From the NCBI GenBank assembly GCA_965205265.1, contig CBDBGH010000003.1, positions 4,512,001 to 4,576,000 on the forward strand: 64,000 bases of DNA, written 5' to 3'. Under the pieces are notes generated by a model. That model was given only the letters and a program-made list of their open reading frames with translations. It had not been told where the DNA came from and made no database searches. This DNA comes from Alphaproteobacteria bacterium (GTDB taxonomy: Bacteria; Pseudomonadota; Alphaproteobacteria; Bin95). The translations under genes and the position numbers were made by a program. Positions 34,327 to 43,996 of this stretch are shown here, one piece after another (positions within the stretch are counted from its first letter, which is position 1; the number at the start of each line of letters is the position of its first letter).

Positions 34327-35930
34327 CCCGCCCCGCCATGATCGTCGCCGCCCAGCCCGAGGCCGCGGAGGCCGGCGCCCGCGTGCTGCAGCGCGGCGGC
34401 AATGCCGTGGATGCGGCCATCGCCGCCGCCCTCGTGCAGGGCGTGGTCGATCCGCAGATGTGCGGCATAGCCGGCTTCGGCTCCTGTCATCTCTTCCTGC
34501 CGTCCCGGGGCGTTCATTGCTGCATCGACTTCCACGGAAAGACGCCGCTCGCCGCGCATCCGGCGATGTGGGAGGACCTGCTCGAAGGCGAGACGCGGGA
34601 CGGCTTCGGCTTCATCCTGAGGGGTCGCGTCAACGATCTCGGCTACCAGTCGATCGCCACGCCGGGCGCGCTCAAGGCCTATTTCGAGGCCGCAACGGAG
34701 TTCGGAAGCTGGGACTGGGCGGATATCTGCGCCCCTGCCGTGGCCCGGGCCCGCGAGGGCTTCACCGTGCGCCCGCATGTCGATTTCTGGTGGCGGCAGA
34801 CGGAGCAGCTCGGCCGCACCGCCAACCGGGAGCGCAATGCGTTCTCCGCTACGGGCCGGGCCGTCTATTTCCACGAGGACGGACGCCCGAAGGGCACGGG
34901 CGACCGGGTCGTCAATCCGGACCTCGCGCACACGCTGGAGCGCGTGGCCAGGAACGGCTCGGATATCTTCTACACCGGCGAGATCGCCGAGGAGATCGAC
35001 GCCGACATGCGCGCCAATGGCGGGCTGATGACGGCCGCCGACCTCGCCGCCTACCGCACGATCCGCACGGAGCCCATCTGGACGGGTTACCGGGGTCGGC
35101 GCGTCGCCTCCAACCGCCCGCCCGGCGGCGGCGTGCAGGTGTTGCAGATTCTGAACCAGCTCGAGCATTTCGACCTGGCCGCCATCGGGCACAACAGCAC
35201 GGAATATCTGCGCGTTGTCAGCGAGGCGATGAAACGGGCGACGCGCGACAAGGACGCCCATGTCGGCGACCCGGCCTTCTACGACGTGCCGCTGGACTGG
35301 CTGCTTTCCGGGGACTACGGCGCGGAACTCGCGGGCGAGATCGGGCGCGGCGAACAGGCGTCGGTCGCCCGGATTGCGCCGGAGCCGCCGGACACCACCC
35401 ATGTCGCGGTCGCGGACCGCGACGGCGGCATCGTCACCATGACCCACTCGCTCGGCATGCCGTCGGGCGTCATCACGCCGGGGCTGGGCTTCATGTATAA
35501 CGGCTGCATGGCGGTCTTCGATCCGCGCCCCGGCCGGGCCGGGTCCATCGCGCCCGGCAAGAGCCGGTTTTCCTCGCTCTGTCCGACAATCGTCTTCGAG
35601 GGCGACCGGCCCTGCCTCGCGCTCGGCGCGCCGGGCGGCACGCAGATCGCGATGGGCGTGACGCAGGCGATCCTGAATGTGCTCGACCACGGCATGACCA
35701 TGACCGAGGCGGTATCGGCGCCGCGTTTCTCCTCGACCTCGAACGCCATCGACATCTCGAACCGCATTCCGGGCTATGTCGTCGAGCCTCTGGAGCGGAT
35801 GGGCTATGAGATCGTCCGCAGCCCGCTCACCTTCGGCTTCGCGGCCGTCCATGGCATCAGGCTGCTGGCCGACGGCAGTCTCGACGGCGGGGCCGATCCG
35901 GGCCATGACGGCGTGGCGCTGCAGGTCTGA
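34323..35930 (+). CDS. Gamma-glutamyltransferase-family (Ntn hydrolase) protein, no signal peptide
   Basis: GGNAVDAAIA, autocleavage Thr in DTTHVAVAD, GAPGG oxyanion loop; ATGA overlap with EamA. Confidence 0.9.
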   Translation: MTRPAMIVAAQPEAAEAGARVLQRGGNAVDAAIAAALVQGVVDPQMCGIAGFGSCHLFLPSRGVHCCIDFHGKTPLAAHPAMWEDLLEGETRDGFGFILRGRVNDLGYQSIATPGALKAYFEAATEFGSWDWADICAPAVARAREGFTVRPHVDFWWRQTEQLGRTANRERNAFSATGRAVYFHEDGRPKGTGDRVVNPDLAHTLERVARNGSDIFYTGEIAEEIDADMRANGGLMTAADLAAYRTIRTEPIWTGYRGRRVASNRPPGGGVQVLQILNQLEHFDLAAIGHNSTEYLRVVSEAMKRATRDKDAHVGDPAFYDVPLDWLLSGDYGAELAGEIGRGEQASVARIAPEPPDTTHVAVADRDGGIVTMTHSLGMPSGVITPGLGFMYNGCMAVFDPRPGRAGSIAPGKSRFSSLCPTIVFEGDRPCLALGAPGGTQIAMGVTQAILNVLDHGMTMTEAVSAPRFSSTSNAIDISNRIPGYVVEPLERMGYEIVRSPLTFGFAAVHGIRLLADGSLDGGADPGHDGVALQV

Positions 35931-35983
35931 CCCGGACGCCCTATACTGGCGTTGTTGCGGGACCTGCAGGAGAGGAGGGCGCC

Positions 35984-36889
35984 ATGTGCGGCATCGTCGG
36001 GCTGTATCTGAAGAACCCCGCCCTGGGCCCGCATCTGGGCCGCCTGTTCGCGCCGATGATGGGCGAGATGACCGAACGCGGCCCGGACAGCGCCGGTTTC
36101 GCGGTCTATCGCGAGGACGGCGGGAGGGAACGGGCGAAGGTCACCGTTTGCTCTTCCGTCCCCGGCTATGACTGGACCGGGCTCGCGGAGCGGGCCGGGC
36201 GCGAGCTCGGCGTCGAGGCGGCGGTCGAGCCGGCGTCGAACCATGCCGTTCTGAGCGCCGCCACCGACTCCGCCACCCTCCGCGACTGGGTCGAGGCTGG
36301 CCATCCCGAGCTCAGCGTCACGAGCTCCGGCGCGGCGCTCGAAATCTACAAGGATGTGGGCCTGCCGGCGGATGTCCTCGAACGCTTCGGGGTGAGCCAG
36401 ATGGCCGGCTCGCACATGATCGGCCACACCCGCATGGCGACCGAGAGCGCCGTGACGACCGAGGGCGCCCATCCCTTCAATACCGGCGACGACCTCTGCC
36501 TCGTGCATAACGGCTCGCTCTCCAACCACCACCGCCTGCGCGACTGGCTCCGGGACCGGCAGGGCGTGCGCTTCCGGACGGACAACGACACCGAGGTCGC
36601 CGCAGGCTACCTGACCTGGCGGATCGGCGAGGGCGCCAGCATCGCCGAGGCGCTGGAGGCCGGCATCCGGGACCTGGACGGCTTCTACACCTTCGCCGTC
36701 GGCACGAGGGACGGCTTCTCTGTGCTGCGCGACCCGATCGCCTGCAAGCCCGCCGTGATGGCCGAGAACGACGACTGGGTGGCGATGGCGTCCGAGTTCC
36801 GGGCGCTCGCCTGCCTGCCGGATGTCGAGGCCGCTTCCGTCTGGGAGCCGGAGCCGGGCAGGGTCTATAGCTGGGGCGGCGGCGCGTGA
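35984..36889 (+). CDS. mgsA: Class II glutamine amidotransferase, N-methylglutamate synthase subunit A (GlxB-like)
   Basis: MCGIVG, RGPDSAG, GHTRMATES, VHNGSLSN; linked to GltB-domain genes and gmaS. Confidence 0.85.
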   Translation: MCGIVGLYLKNPALGPHLGRLFAPMMGEMTERGPDSAGFAVYREDGGRERAKVTVCSSVPGYDWTGLAERAGRELGVEAAVEPASNHAVLSAATDSATLRDWVEAGHPELSVTSSGAALEIYKDVGLPADVLERFGVSQMAGSHMIGHTRMATESAVTTEGAHPFNTGDDLCLVHNGSLSNHHRLRDWLRDRQGVRFRTDNDTEVAAGYLTWRIGEGASIAEALEAGIRDLDGFYTFAVGTRDGFSVLRDPIACKPAVMAENDDWVAMASEFRALACLPDVEAASVWEPEPGRVYSWGGGA

Positions 36890-37575
36890 CGGCGGAGACC
36901 ATAGACCTCGACGCGGCCGGCGTCCGGGCGCTGAACCGGCGCCTCCAGGGGCGCGAGGGGCCGGTGGCCGGCAGGCGTTTCGTCGTGACCAATGCCAAAG
37001 GGCGCCATGCGATCGCCGCCGGGCTGACGGAACGGATGGACGTCCGGATCCACGGCCATGTCGGCTATTACTGCGCGGGCATGAACCAACTTGCCGATGT
37101 GACGGTGGACGGCAATGCCGGCACCGGCGTCGCGGAGAACCTGATGTCGGGCGCCGTCCGGGTGACGGGCGACGCCAGCCAGTCGGCCGGTGCGAGCGGG
37201 CGCGGCGGCCTGCTCGTGATCGAGGGCAGCGCCAGCGCCCGCTGCGGCATAACGATGAAGGGCATCGACATCGTGGTGGGCGGTTCCATCGGGCATATGT
37301 CCGCCTTCATGGCGCAGGCCGGGCGGCTCGTGGTCTGCGGGGACGCGGGCGCCTATCTCGGCGACTCGATCTACGAAGCGGAGATTTTCGTCCGGGGCCG
37401 GGTGGAGAGCCTGGGCGCGGACTGCATCGAGAAGGAGCTGAGCGCGGAGGACGCAAGCGCGCTGGAGGCGCTGCTGGCGGAGGCCGGCATGGACGGCGAT
37501 GCGAGCGGGTTCCGCCGCTACGGCTCGGCGCGCCGGCTCTACAATTTCCGTATCGACAATGCGGCGGCCTATTAG
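36886..37575 (+). CDS. mgsB: GXGXG-domain protein, N-methylglutamate synthase subunit B (GlxC-like)
   Basis: GHVGYYCAGMN, GVAENLMSG, MKGIDIVV, YGSARRLYNF. Confidence 0.87.
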   Translation: MTAETIDLDAAGVRALNRRLQGREGPVAGRRFVVTNAKGRHAIAAGLTERMDVRIHGHVGYYCAGMNQLADVTVDGNAGTGVAENLMSGAVRVTGDASQSAGASGRGGLLVIEGSASARCGITMKGIDIVVGGSIGHMSAFMAQAGRLVVCGDAGAYLGDSIYEAEIFVRGRVESLGADCIEKELSAEDASALEALLAEAGMDGDASGFRRYGSARRLYNFRIDNAAAY

Positions 37576-37585
37576 GGAAGACATC

Positions 37586-38899
37586 ATGGCAGGCGATTAC
37601 CCGGAGCGGTCCTGGGCCACCTTCCCGCCGCATGTCATCTCGGAGATTCACCGCGCGGCGGACCAGGGCCTCTATTACATCCGCGGTGCGGGCGCGCGCC
37701 GGGCGCTGCCGACATTCGACGACCTGGTTTTCCTCGGCGCCTCCGTCTCGCGCTACCCGCTGGAGGGCTACCGGGAGCGCTGCGACACGAATGTGACCAT
37801 AGGCGCCCGCCATGCGTCGCGGCCGGTCGAGCTCAAGATCCCGATCACCATTGCCGGCATGAGCTTCGGCGCGCTCAGCGCCAATGCCAAGCGCGCGCTC
37901 GGCCTCGGCGCGAGCGCCATGGGCACCAGCACGACCACCGGCGACGGCGGCATGACGATGGAGGAGCGCGAGGCGTCGGAAACGCTCGTCTATCAGGTGC
38001 TGCCGTCCCGTTACGGCATGGACCCGGACCATCTGCGCCTCGCCGACGCGATAGAGGTCGTGGTCGGGCAGGGCGCCAAGCCCGGCGGCGGCGGGATGCT
38101 GCTCGGCCAGAAGGTGACCGAGCGGGTGGCGGAGATGCGTACCCTTCCGGCCGGCATCGACCAGCGCAGCGCCTGCCGGCATCCCGACTGGACGGGACCG
38201 GACGACCTCGCGATCAAGATCCTGGAACTGCGCGAGATCGTGAACTGGGAAAAGCCGGTCTATGTGAAGGTCGGCGCGACGCGGACCCAGTATGACGTGG
38301 CGCTCGCGGTGAAGGCCGGCGCGGACGCCGTTGTGGTGGACGGCATGCAGGGCGGCACGGCCGCCACCCAGGAAGTGTTCATCGAGGATGTCGGCATCCC
38401 GACGCTGCCCGCAGTCCGCCTCGCCGTGGAGGCGCTCAAGGAGCTCGGCGTCCACCGCGAGGTGCAGTTGATCGTGTCGGGCGGCATTCGCACGGGCTCC
38501 GATGTCGCCAAGGCGCTCGCGCTCGGCGCCGATGCCGTCTCCATCGGCATGGCCGCGCTGATGGCGCTCAATTGCAATGCCCCGCTCCATGTCGAGGACT
38601 ACGAAGCGCTCGGCACCCGGCCGGGGGCGTGCAATATGTGCCAGACGGGCCGCTGCCCCGTCGGGGTCGCGACCCAGGACCCGCTTCTGGAAGCGCGGCT
38701 CGACCCGGAAGAGGCCGGGCGGCGCGTGCGCAACTACCTGTCCACCCTTACCATGGAATGCCAGACCCTCGCGCGCGCCTGCGGCAAGAGCCATGTCCAC
38801 AATCTGGAGCCCGAGGACCTTGCCGCCCTCACTGTCGAAGCGGCGGCGATGGCGCAGGTGCCTCTGGCCGGCACCGACTGGATTCCGGGCCGGCGCTGA
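37586..38899 (+). CDS. mgsC: FMN-binding glutamate synthase-family protein, N-methylglutamate synthase subunit C (GlxD-like)
   Basis: IAGMSFGALS, GQGAKPGGGGMLLG, RHPDWTGPDDL, C-x2-C-x4-C in CNMCQTGRCP. Confidence 0.87.
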   Translation: MAGDYPERSWATFPPHVISEIHRAADQGLYYIRGAGARRALPTFDDLVFLGASVSRYPLEGYRERCDTNVTIGARHASRPVELKIPITIAGMSFGALSANAKRALGLGASAMGTSTTTGDGGMTMEEREASETLVYQVLPSRYGMDPDHLRLADAIEVVVGQGAKPGGGGMLLGQKVTERVAEMRTLPAGIDQRSACRHPDWTGPDDLAIKILELREIVNWEKPVYVKVGATRTQYDVALAVKAGADAVVVDGMQGGTAATQEVFIEDVGIPTLPAVRLAVEALKELGVHREVQLIVSGGIRTGSDVAKALALGADAVSIGMAALMALNCNAPLHVEDYEALGTRPGACNMCQTGRCPVGVATQDPLLEARLDPEEAGRRVRNYLSTLTMECQTLARACGKSHVHNLEPEDLAALTVEAAAMAQVPLAGTDWIPGRR

Positions 38900-38932
38900 A
38901 AGCGCCCGCCCCTGCAGACCGAAAGGACGACC

Positions 38933-40237
38933 ATGACCGGCAAGCTGGAAGCCTTCGCGAAGGCGAACGACGTCAGGTATTTCCTGTTCAACTTCACCGA
39001 CATTCGCGGCATGCAGCGCTCAAAGCTGGTGCCGGCGGCCGCCGCGCCGGCGATGGAGGAGGCGGGCGCGGGGTTTGCGGGCTTCGCCACCTATCTGGAC
39101 ATGACGCCCGCCCATCCCGACATGCTGGCCGTACCCGATACCGCGAGCGTCATCCGCCTTCCTTGGCAGCCGGACGTGGCGTGGGTCGCCGGGGACCTCG
39201 TGATGGACGGCCGGCCGGTCGGGCAGGCGCCGCGCGTCGTGCTGAAGAACCTCGTCGCCAGGGCTGCGGCCGAGGGCTTCCGGATGAAGACCGGCGTCGA
39301 GGCTGAATACCACCTGATCGACGCCGACGGCGCCGGAATTTCGGACCCGCGCGATATCGACGCGAAGCCCTGCTACGACCAGCAGGCGCTGATGCGCCGC
39401 TACGATGTCGTCTCCGAGATCTGCGACGCCATGCTGGAGCTCGGCTGGGGGCCCTACCAGAACGACCATGAGGACGCCAACGGCCAGTTCGAGATGAACT
39501 GGGATTATGACGACGCGCTGGTGACGGCGGACCGGCACGCCTTCTTCAAATTCATGGTGAAGTCGATTGCCGAGAAGCACGGGCTGCGCGCGACCTTCAT
39601 GCCGAAGCCGTTCCTGAGCCTCACAGGCAACGGTTGCCACGCGCATGTGTCGGTGTGGGATACGGACGGGCGGACCAACCTGTTCCACGATCCGGACGGG
39701 GAGCTCGGCCTCTCGGAACTGGCCCTCAACTTCCTCGGCGGCGTGCTCCACCATGCCGAGGGGCTCTGCGCCATCACCAACCCCATCGTGAACTCCTACA
39801 AGCGTATCAACGCGCCGGTGACGGCCTCGGGTGCCACATGGTCGCCCAACACCGTGACCTGGACGGGCAACAACCGCACCCACATGGTGCGCATCCCCGA
39901 CGAGGGCCGCTTCGAGTTCCGGCTCGCCGACGGCGCGGCCAACCCCTATCTGCTGCAGGCGGCCTGCCTGGCGGCCGGCCTCGACGGAATCGCGAACAAG
40001 CGCGACCCGGGCAGGCGCAGCGACCTCGACATGTATGCCGAAGGCCACAGGCGCCGGGTCAGGCGGCTGCCGAACTACCTGCTCGATGCGGTCCGGGCGT
40101 TCGACCGGAATACGGTGCTGAAAGACGCGCTCGGGGCGGAGTTCTCGTCCGCCTATGTGAAGCTGAAGATGCAGGAATGGGACGCCTATTCCCGCCATCT
40201 GAGCGACTGGGAGCGGGAGACCTCGCTGGACATCTGA
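38933..40237 (+). CDS. gmaS: Gamma-glutamylmethylamide synthetase (GlnT-type glutamine synthetase homolog)
   Basis: GAGFAGFA, KPCYDQQALMRRYD, DHEDANGQFEMNW, SGATWSP, NNRTHMVRIP. Confidence 0.88.
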   Translation: MTGKLEAFAKANDVRYFLFNFTDIRGMQRSKLVPAAAAPAMEEAGAGFAGFATYLDMTPAHPDMLAVPDTASVIRLPWQPDVAWVAGDLVMDGRPVGQAPRVVLKNLVARAAAEGFRMKTGVEAEYHLIDADGAGISDPRDIDAKPCYDQQALMRRYDVVSEICDAMLELGWGPYQNDHEDANGQFEMNWDYDDALVTADRHAFFKFMVKSIAEKHGLRATFMPKPFLSLTGNGCHAHVSVWDTDGRTNLFHDPDGELGLSELALNFLGGVLHHAEGLCAITNPIVNSYKRINAPVTASGATWSPNTVTWTGNNRTHMVRIPDEGRFEFRLADGAANPYLLQAACLAAGLDGIANKRDPGRRSDLDMYAEGHRRRVRRLPNYLLDAVRAFDRNTVLKDALGAEFSSAYVKLKMQEWDAYSRHLSDWERETSLDI

Positions 40238-40270
40238 ACCGGAGGTCCGCAGCAGATTCGGGGCAACGGC

Positions 40271-41020
40271 ATGGACCGGATGGAGCGCGAATACGGGCCC
40301 GGCGGCTGGGTCGGGGTGGGGGTGCCGCAGGCGAACCCGACGGTCGAGGCGGAGATGCGCCGGCTCATGCCTGCCGATGCGGAAATCCTGACCGCCCGCC
40401 TCGTGAGCCGCGCCCCGACTTCGGTGGAGCGGCTGGTTGACTACTATGACGGGCTGGACCGCACGCTGGACAGCTACGACGTGCTGCGGCTGGACGTGTT
40501 CGGCTTCGCCTGCACCGGGTCCTCCTATCTCGTCGGCGCGGAGCGGGAGGCGGAGTTCGTCGCCGAAGCGGAGGCGCGGCTCAGTTGCCCCTTCGTCACG
40601 GCCGCGCAGGCCATTCTGGATGCGTTGGCGGCGCTGGCCGTCGAGCGCGTCGCGCTGCTGGCGCCTTATCCGGCCGATATCGTCGAGGCGGGGGTCGCCT
40701 TCTGGCAGGCGGCGGGGCTGTCCATCGTCCAGGTCATGGCCATCGACCTCGGCTCGAAGGACACGCGCCGGATTTACGGGCTGCGAAGCGCCGACGCGCT
40801 CGCCGCGCTGGATGGCGGCGTATCCGGGCAAGCCGAGGCGCTGCTGATGAGCGGCACCGGCATGCCGACCCTGGCGGCTCTGGCGCCGGCTGCGGCGCAG
40901 CTTGGCAGGCCCGTGCTGTCGTCCAACTACTGCCTCGCCTGGGCGCTGCGCCGGGCGCTGGGCGAGGATGTCGGCCTCTGGTCGGCGGACGGTCCCGAAC
41001 TTCTCCGGGCTGCTCCCTGA
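40271..41020 (+). CDS. Maleate isomerase/arylmalonate decarboxylase (Asp/Glu racemase superfamily) protein
   Basis: PQANPTVEAE, FACTGSS, LLAPY, LMSGTGMPT, PVLSSN. Confidence 0.8.
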   Translation: MDRMEREYGPGGWVGVGVPQANPTVEAEMRRLMPADAEILTARLVSRAPTSVERLVDYYDGLDRTLDSYDVLRLDVFGFACTGSSYLVGAEREAEFVAEAEARLSCPFVTAAQAILDALAALAVERVALLAPYPADIVEAGVAFWQAAGLSIVQVMAIDLGSKDTRRIYGLRSADALAALDGGVSGQAEALLMSGTGMPTLAALAPAAAQLGRPVLSSNYCLAWALRRALGEDVGLWSADGPELLRAAP

Positions 41021-41221
41021 TGCGCCGCTAGACCCGGTCGCCTTGCGGGGCAGTCGGCTGCGGGAGCGCGGCATGGCCGGGCAGGCGGGCGCACTGCGAA
41101 CAAGCCGGAACGGGATGTGCATCCGGTAGCCGCCCTGCGGGAGGGGGGCAGGCAGGCAGGACGGAGGGCCGCGCGAAGCGCGGAAGACGGTTCCCGCCAA
41201 TTCGGGTGCAGCCGCCTTCCC

Positions 41222-42538
41222 TCAGAACAGCGCGCCGTAGGTGTCCAGAATATCCTCGAAGGCCGCCGTCAGGCCGTCGAATTCCTCCGGGCCCATGGGG
41301 AGCGAGAGAACCATCATGCCGCGGCGCGAGACATAATGGGCGCGGGCCATCATCTCCAGGTGGAAGAGGGCGCGGGCTTCCTTCGGCGCGGCGTCGGTGT
41401 CCTTCGGGCCGGTGAGCTCGGCGTCGGTCGGGTGGAACATCATCATCGAGCCGCAGCCGGTCACCTGCGCGGGCAGGTTGCGGGCCTCGATGGCGCCGTT
41501 GAGGCGCTGGCGCAGCAGGTCCCCCTCGGCGTTGATCTCCACCGCTGCCTGCTCGGTGAACACCTCGCTCATCCCCGCAATCGCAGCCTGCATGGTCAGC
41601 ACATTGTTGTTGAAGGTGCCGGCATGGCCGAAATGCCCGGCCTCGCGCGGGTCGAAGCGCGACATCACCTCCGCCTTGCCGCCGAACGCGCCGAAAGTGA
41701 GCCCGCCGCCGATATACTTGCCGAAGGACGTCATGTCCGGCGTGATGCCATGCACCTTCTGCAGGCCGCTGGGGCCGAGCCGCGAGGTCATCACCTCGTC
41801 GAATTGCAGCAGGATGCCGTGCTCGTCGGCCGCGTCGCGCAGCATTTGCAGGAATTCGGGCTCGGCCGGGATGCAGCCGCCGCTGCCGGTCATCGGCTCG
41901 ATGATGATGGCGGCCAGATTGTCCCTGTTCTCCTCGATGAGCGCGCGCGCGCCTTCCATGTCGTTGTAGCGCCCCATCACCCACTCGAACGGCACGTTCA
42001 TCCGGTTCCCGTAGGCGCCGAAGGAAAGCACGCTGCCGTGGTAGCTGCCCTCGAAGGCGAGAATGGCGGTGCGCCCGGTGAAGGCGCGCGCCGCGGAGAG
42101 CGCCATCAGGTTCGCCTCGGTGCCGGAATTGGTGAAGCGCACCATGTCGAGCGAGGGGAAGCGCTCGCACATGATCTCCGCGAGCCGGCCCTCGCGCGGG
42201 GTCGGGCCGCCGAGCGTGATGCCCTGGGCGAGCGCGGAGGAGATCGCGCGCTGGATCGCCGGCTCCGAGTGGCCGTAAATGCCGGCGGTCTGCTCGACGA
42301 CGAAATCCGCATAGCGATGGCCGTCGGCATCCTCGACATAGCAGCCGTCGCCGCGCGCGAGCGAGACCGGGAAGGGCGGGTAGTAGAGCACGGTGCGGGT
42401 GTTGCCGCCCGGCATGGCGCGGCAGGCCTGTTCATAGAGGCCGGCGCTGGTCGGGTTGGCCTCGGCGAAGCGGGCCTCGGCATCCTCCAGGGCGGCGGCG
42501 AGGTCGAAATTCGTGCGGTCGGCGGGTGTGTCCGGCAT
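41222..42538 (-). CDS. Class III PLP aminotransferase resembling beta-phenylalanine aminotransferases
   Basis: MPGGNTRTVL, RFTNSGTEAN, FDEVMTSR, FGKYIGGG (PLP Lys), HAGTFNNN; GGAG RBS. Confidence 0.85.
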   Translation of the reverse strand: MPDTPADRTNFDLAAALEDAEARFAEANPTSAGLYEQACRAMPGGNTRTVLYYPPFPVSLARGDGCYVEDADGHRYADFVVEQTAGIYGHSEPAIQRAISSALAQGITLGGPTPREGRLAEIMCERFPSLDMVRFTNSGTEANLMALSAARAFTGRTAILAFEGSYHGSVLSFGAYGNRMNVPFEWVMGRYNDMEGARALIEENRDNLAAIIIEPMTGSGGCIPAEPEFLQMLRDAADEHGILLQFDEVMTSRLGPSGLQKVHGITPDMTSFGKYIGGGLTFGAFGGKAEVMSRFDPREAGHFGHAGTFNNNVLTMQAAIAGMSEVFTEQAAVEINAEGDLLRQRLNGAIEARNLPAQVTGCGSMMMFHPTDAELTGPKDTDAAPKEARALFHLEMMARAHYVSRRGMMVLSLPMGPEEFDGLTAAFEDILDTYGALF

Positions 42539-42595
42539 GGGCGTGTCTCCGGGAATGGCTGCCGCGGCGGGGCGCATTCAACCCCGTTCGCCGCC

Positions 42596-43468
42596 TCAGG
42601 GCAAATCGCGCAGGAAGCGGATGATAGCGGTGTTGAAGGCGTCGTTCCGGTCGCCGGCGACCATGTGGCCCGCGCCCGAGACATCGACGAAACGGGCATG
42701 CGGCACGAGGTCGAGGAAGGCGCGCGCTTCCGCTTCGGTCACGAGGTCGCTGCTGCCGCCGCGCACCAGCAGGGTGGGGGTGCGCCGCCGGGCGAGCACA
42801 AGCGCGCAGGCCTCCAGCCGCTCGGGGTCGCGATCCTCCTGCCGGTCGCGCATATCGGTGATGAAGGCCGGGTCCCAGTGCCAGTACCAGCGCCCGTCCG
42901 TACCCTCGCGGAGGTTCTTGCGCAGCCCCGAGAGGTCACGCGGGCGGCGCCGGTTCGGCAGATAGGCGGCGACGGCATCGGCCGCCTCTTCCAGCGAACC
43001 GAAGCCGGTCTCGACATGGGCCTTCATGAAATCGACCACGCGCGCCGCCCCCTCCGGGCGCACGCGGGGCGTGATGTCCACCAGCACGACGGCGCGCAGC
43101 ACCGCCTCCGGCGATTCACCCTCGGCGATGAGCGAGGCGATGCCGCCGAGCGAGGCGCCGACCGCGACCGGGCGGTCGAGCCCGCGGGCGACGGCGCGCA
43201 GGTCCGCGCCGAAATGCCCGATCAGGTAGTGGCCTTCCGGCGAGCGGTCGCTGTCGCCATGGCCGCGCTGGTCGATGCTCACCGCCCGCCAGCCCCGAAG
43301 CGCAAGCGCCAGCGCGGCCGCGCCCCAGGCATGGCGCGTCTGCCCGCCGCCATGCGCGAGCAGCACGGTCGGGCGGTCTTCGTCGCCCAACACATCGGCG
43401 GCGAGCGAAAGCCCCTCCGTGCCTTCGAAACGCTCGAAGCGCGGCGGGATCGGTCCGGGATCGGTCAT
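42596..43468 (-). CDS. Alpha/beta hydrolase
   Basis: HGGGQ, DQRGHG, nucleophile elbow GASLGG, AGHMVAGDRN. Confidence 0.88.
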   Translation of the reverse strand: MTDPGPIPPRFERFEGTEGLSLAADVLGDEDRPTVLLAHGGGQTRHAWGAAALALALRGWRAVSIDQRGHGDSDRSPEGHYLIGHFGADLRAVARGLDRPVAVGASLGGIASLIAEGESPEAVLRAVVLVDITPRVRPEGAARVVDFMKAHVETGFGSLEEAADAVAAYLPNRRRPRDLSGLRKNLREGTDGRWYWHWDPAFITDMRDRQEDRDPERLEACALVLARRRTPTLLVRGGSSDLVTEAEARAFLDLVPHARFVDVSGAGHMVAGDRNDAFNTAIIRFLRDLP

Positions 43469-43508
43469 CGGGCCTCGGTCGGGTGACGGTCGGGTGCTGC
43501 TGCGGCGG

Positions 43509-43982
43509 TCATCCGGCACGGAGCGGGGCGAGCGCCTGCCGGAGCGCCTCCGCGACCTCGACCCGCTCCCAGGGCGCGAGAAACGCGCCCACGGTCTCGC
43601 GCCGGCCGTGGGTGGCGAGCGTCAGCGGCCCCGGCCGCTCGCCGCTCCGGTCGATCTCGACCCGGAGCCACCAGGGCGGCAGGCGCACCTGTTCGACCCT
43701 GCCGGCGGGGCTTATGCGCTCCACGGTCAGCGCGTCGGGCGTGAGCCGGAGCCGTTCGCGCCGCCGCCCCTGGCGGTAGTTCGCATGGAAGCACCAGGCG
43801 AGCAGCGCAATGTCGAGGCCGAAGAAGCCGAGCACCGGCCAGGCGCCGAGCATGAGGAAGGCAACCCCCGCTGCCAGGCCGATCAGCGTGAGCGCGCCGA
43901 TCAGCAGCCGGAAACCGGCAGGCGGCAGGGAGCGGTGCGGCGTCAGCACCGCGTCGAACAGCACGGGTTCGGCGGCGGACAA
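43509..43982 (-). CDS. DUF2244-type membrane protein; start uncertain (TTG)
   Basis: LTPHRSL, GAWPVLGFFGLD, GAFLAPWER. Confidence 0.75.
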   Translation of the reverse strand: MSAAEPVLFDAVLTPHRSLPPAGFRLLIGALTLIGLAAGVAFLMLGAWPVLGFFGLDIALLAWCFHANYRQGRRRERLRLTPDALTVERISPAGRVEQVRLPPWWLRVEIDRSGERPGPLTLATHGRRETVGAFLAPWERVEVAEALRQALAPLRAG

Positions 43983-43996
43983 GGGCGCGGAGCCGG

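Noticed and set aside
38933-40237. Calling this gene the housekeeping glutamine synthetase glnA
   Set aside because: GlnT/GmaS-type motifs and linkage to mgsABC indicate gamma-glutamylmethylamide synthetase.
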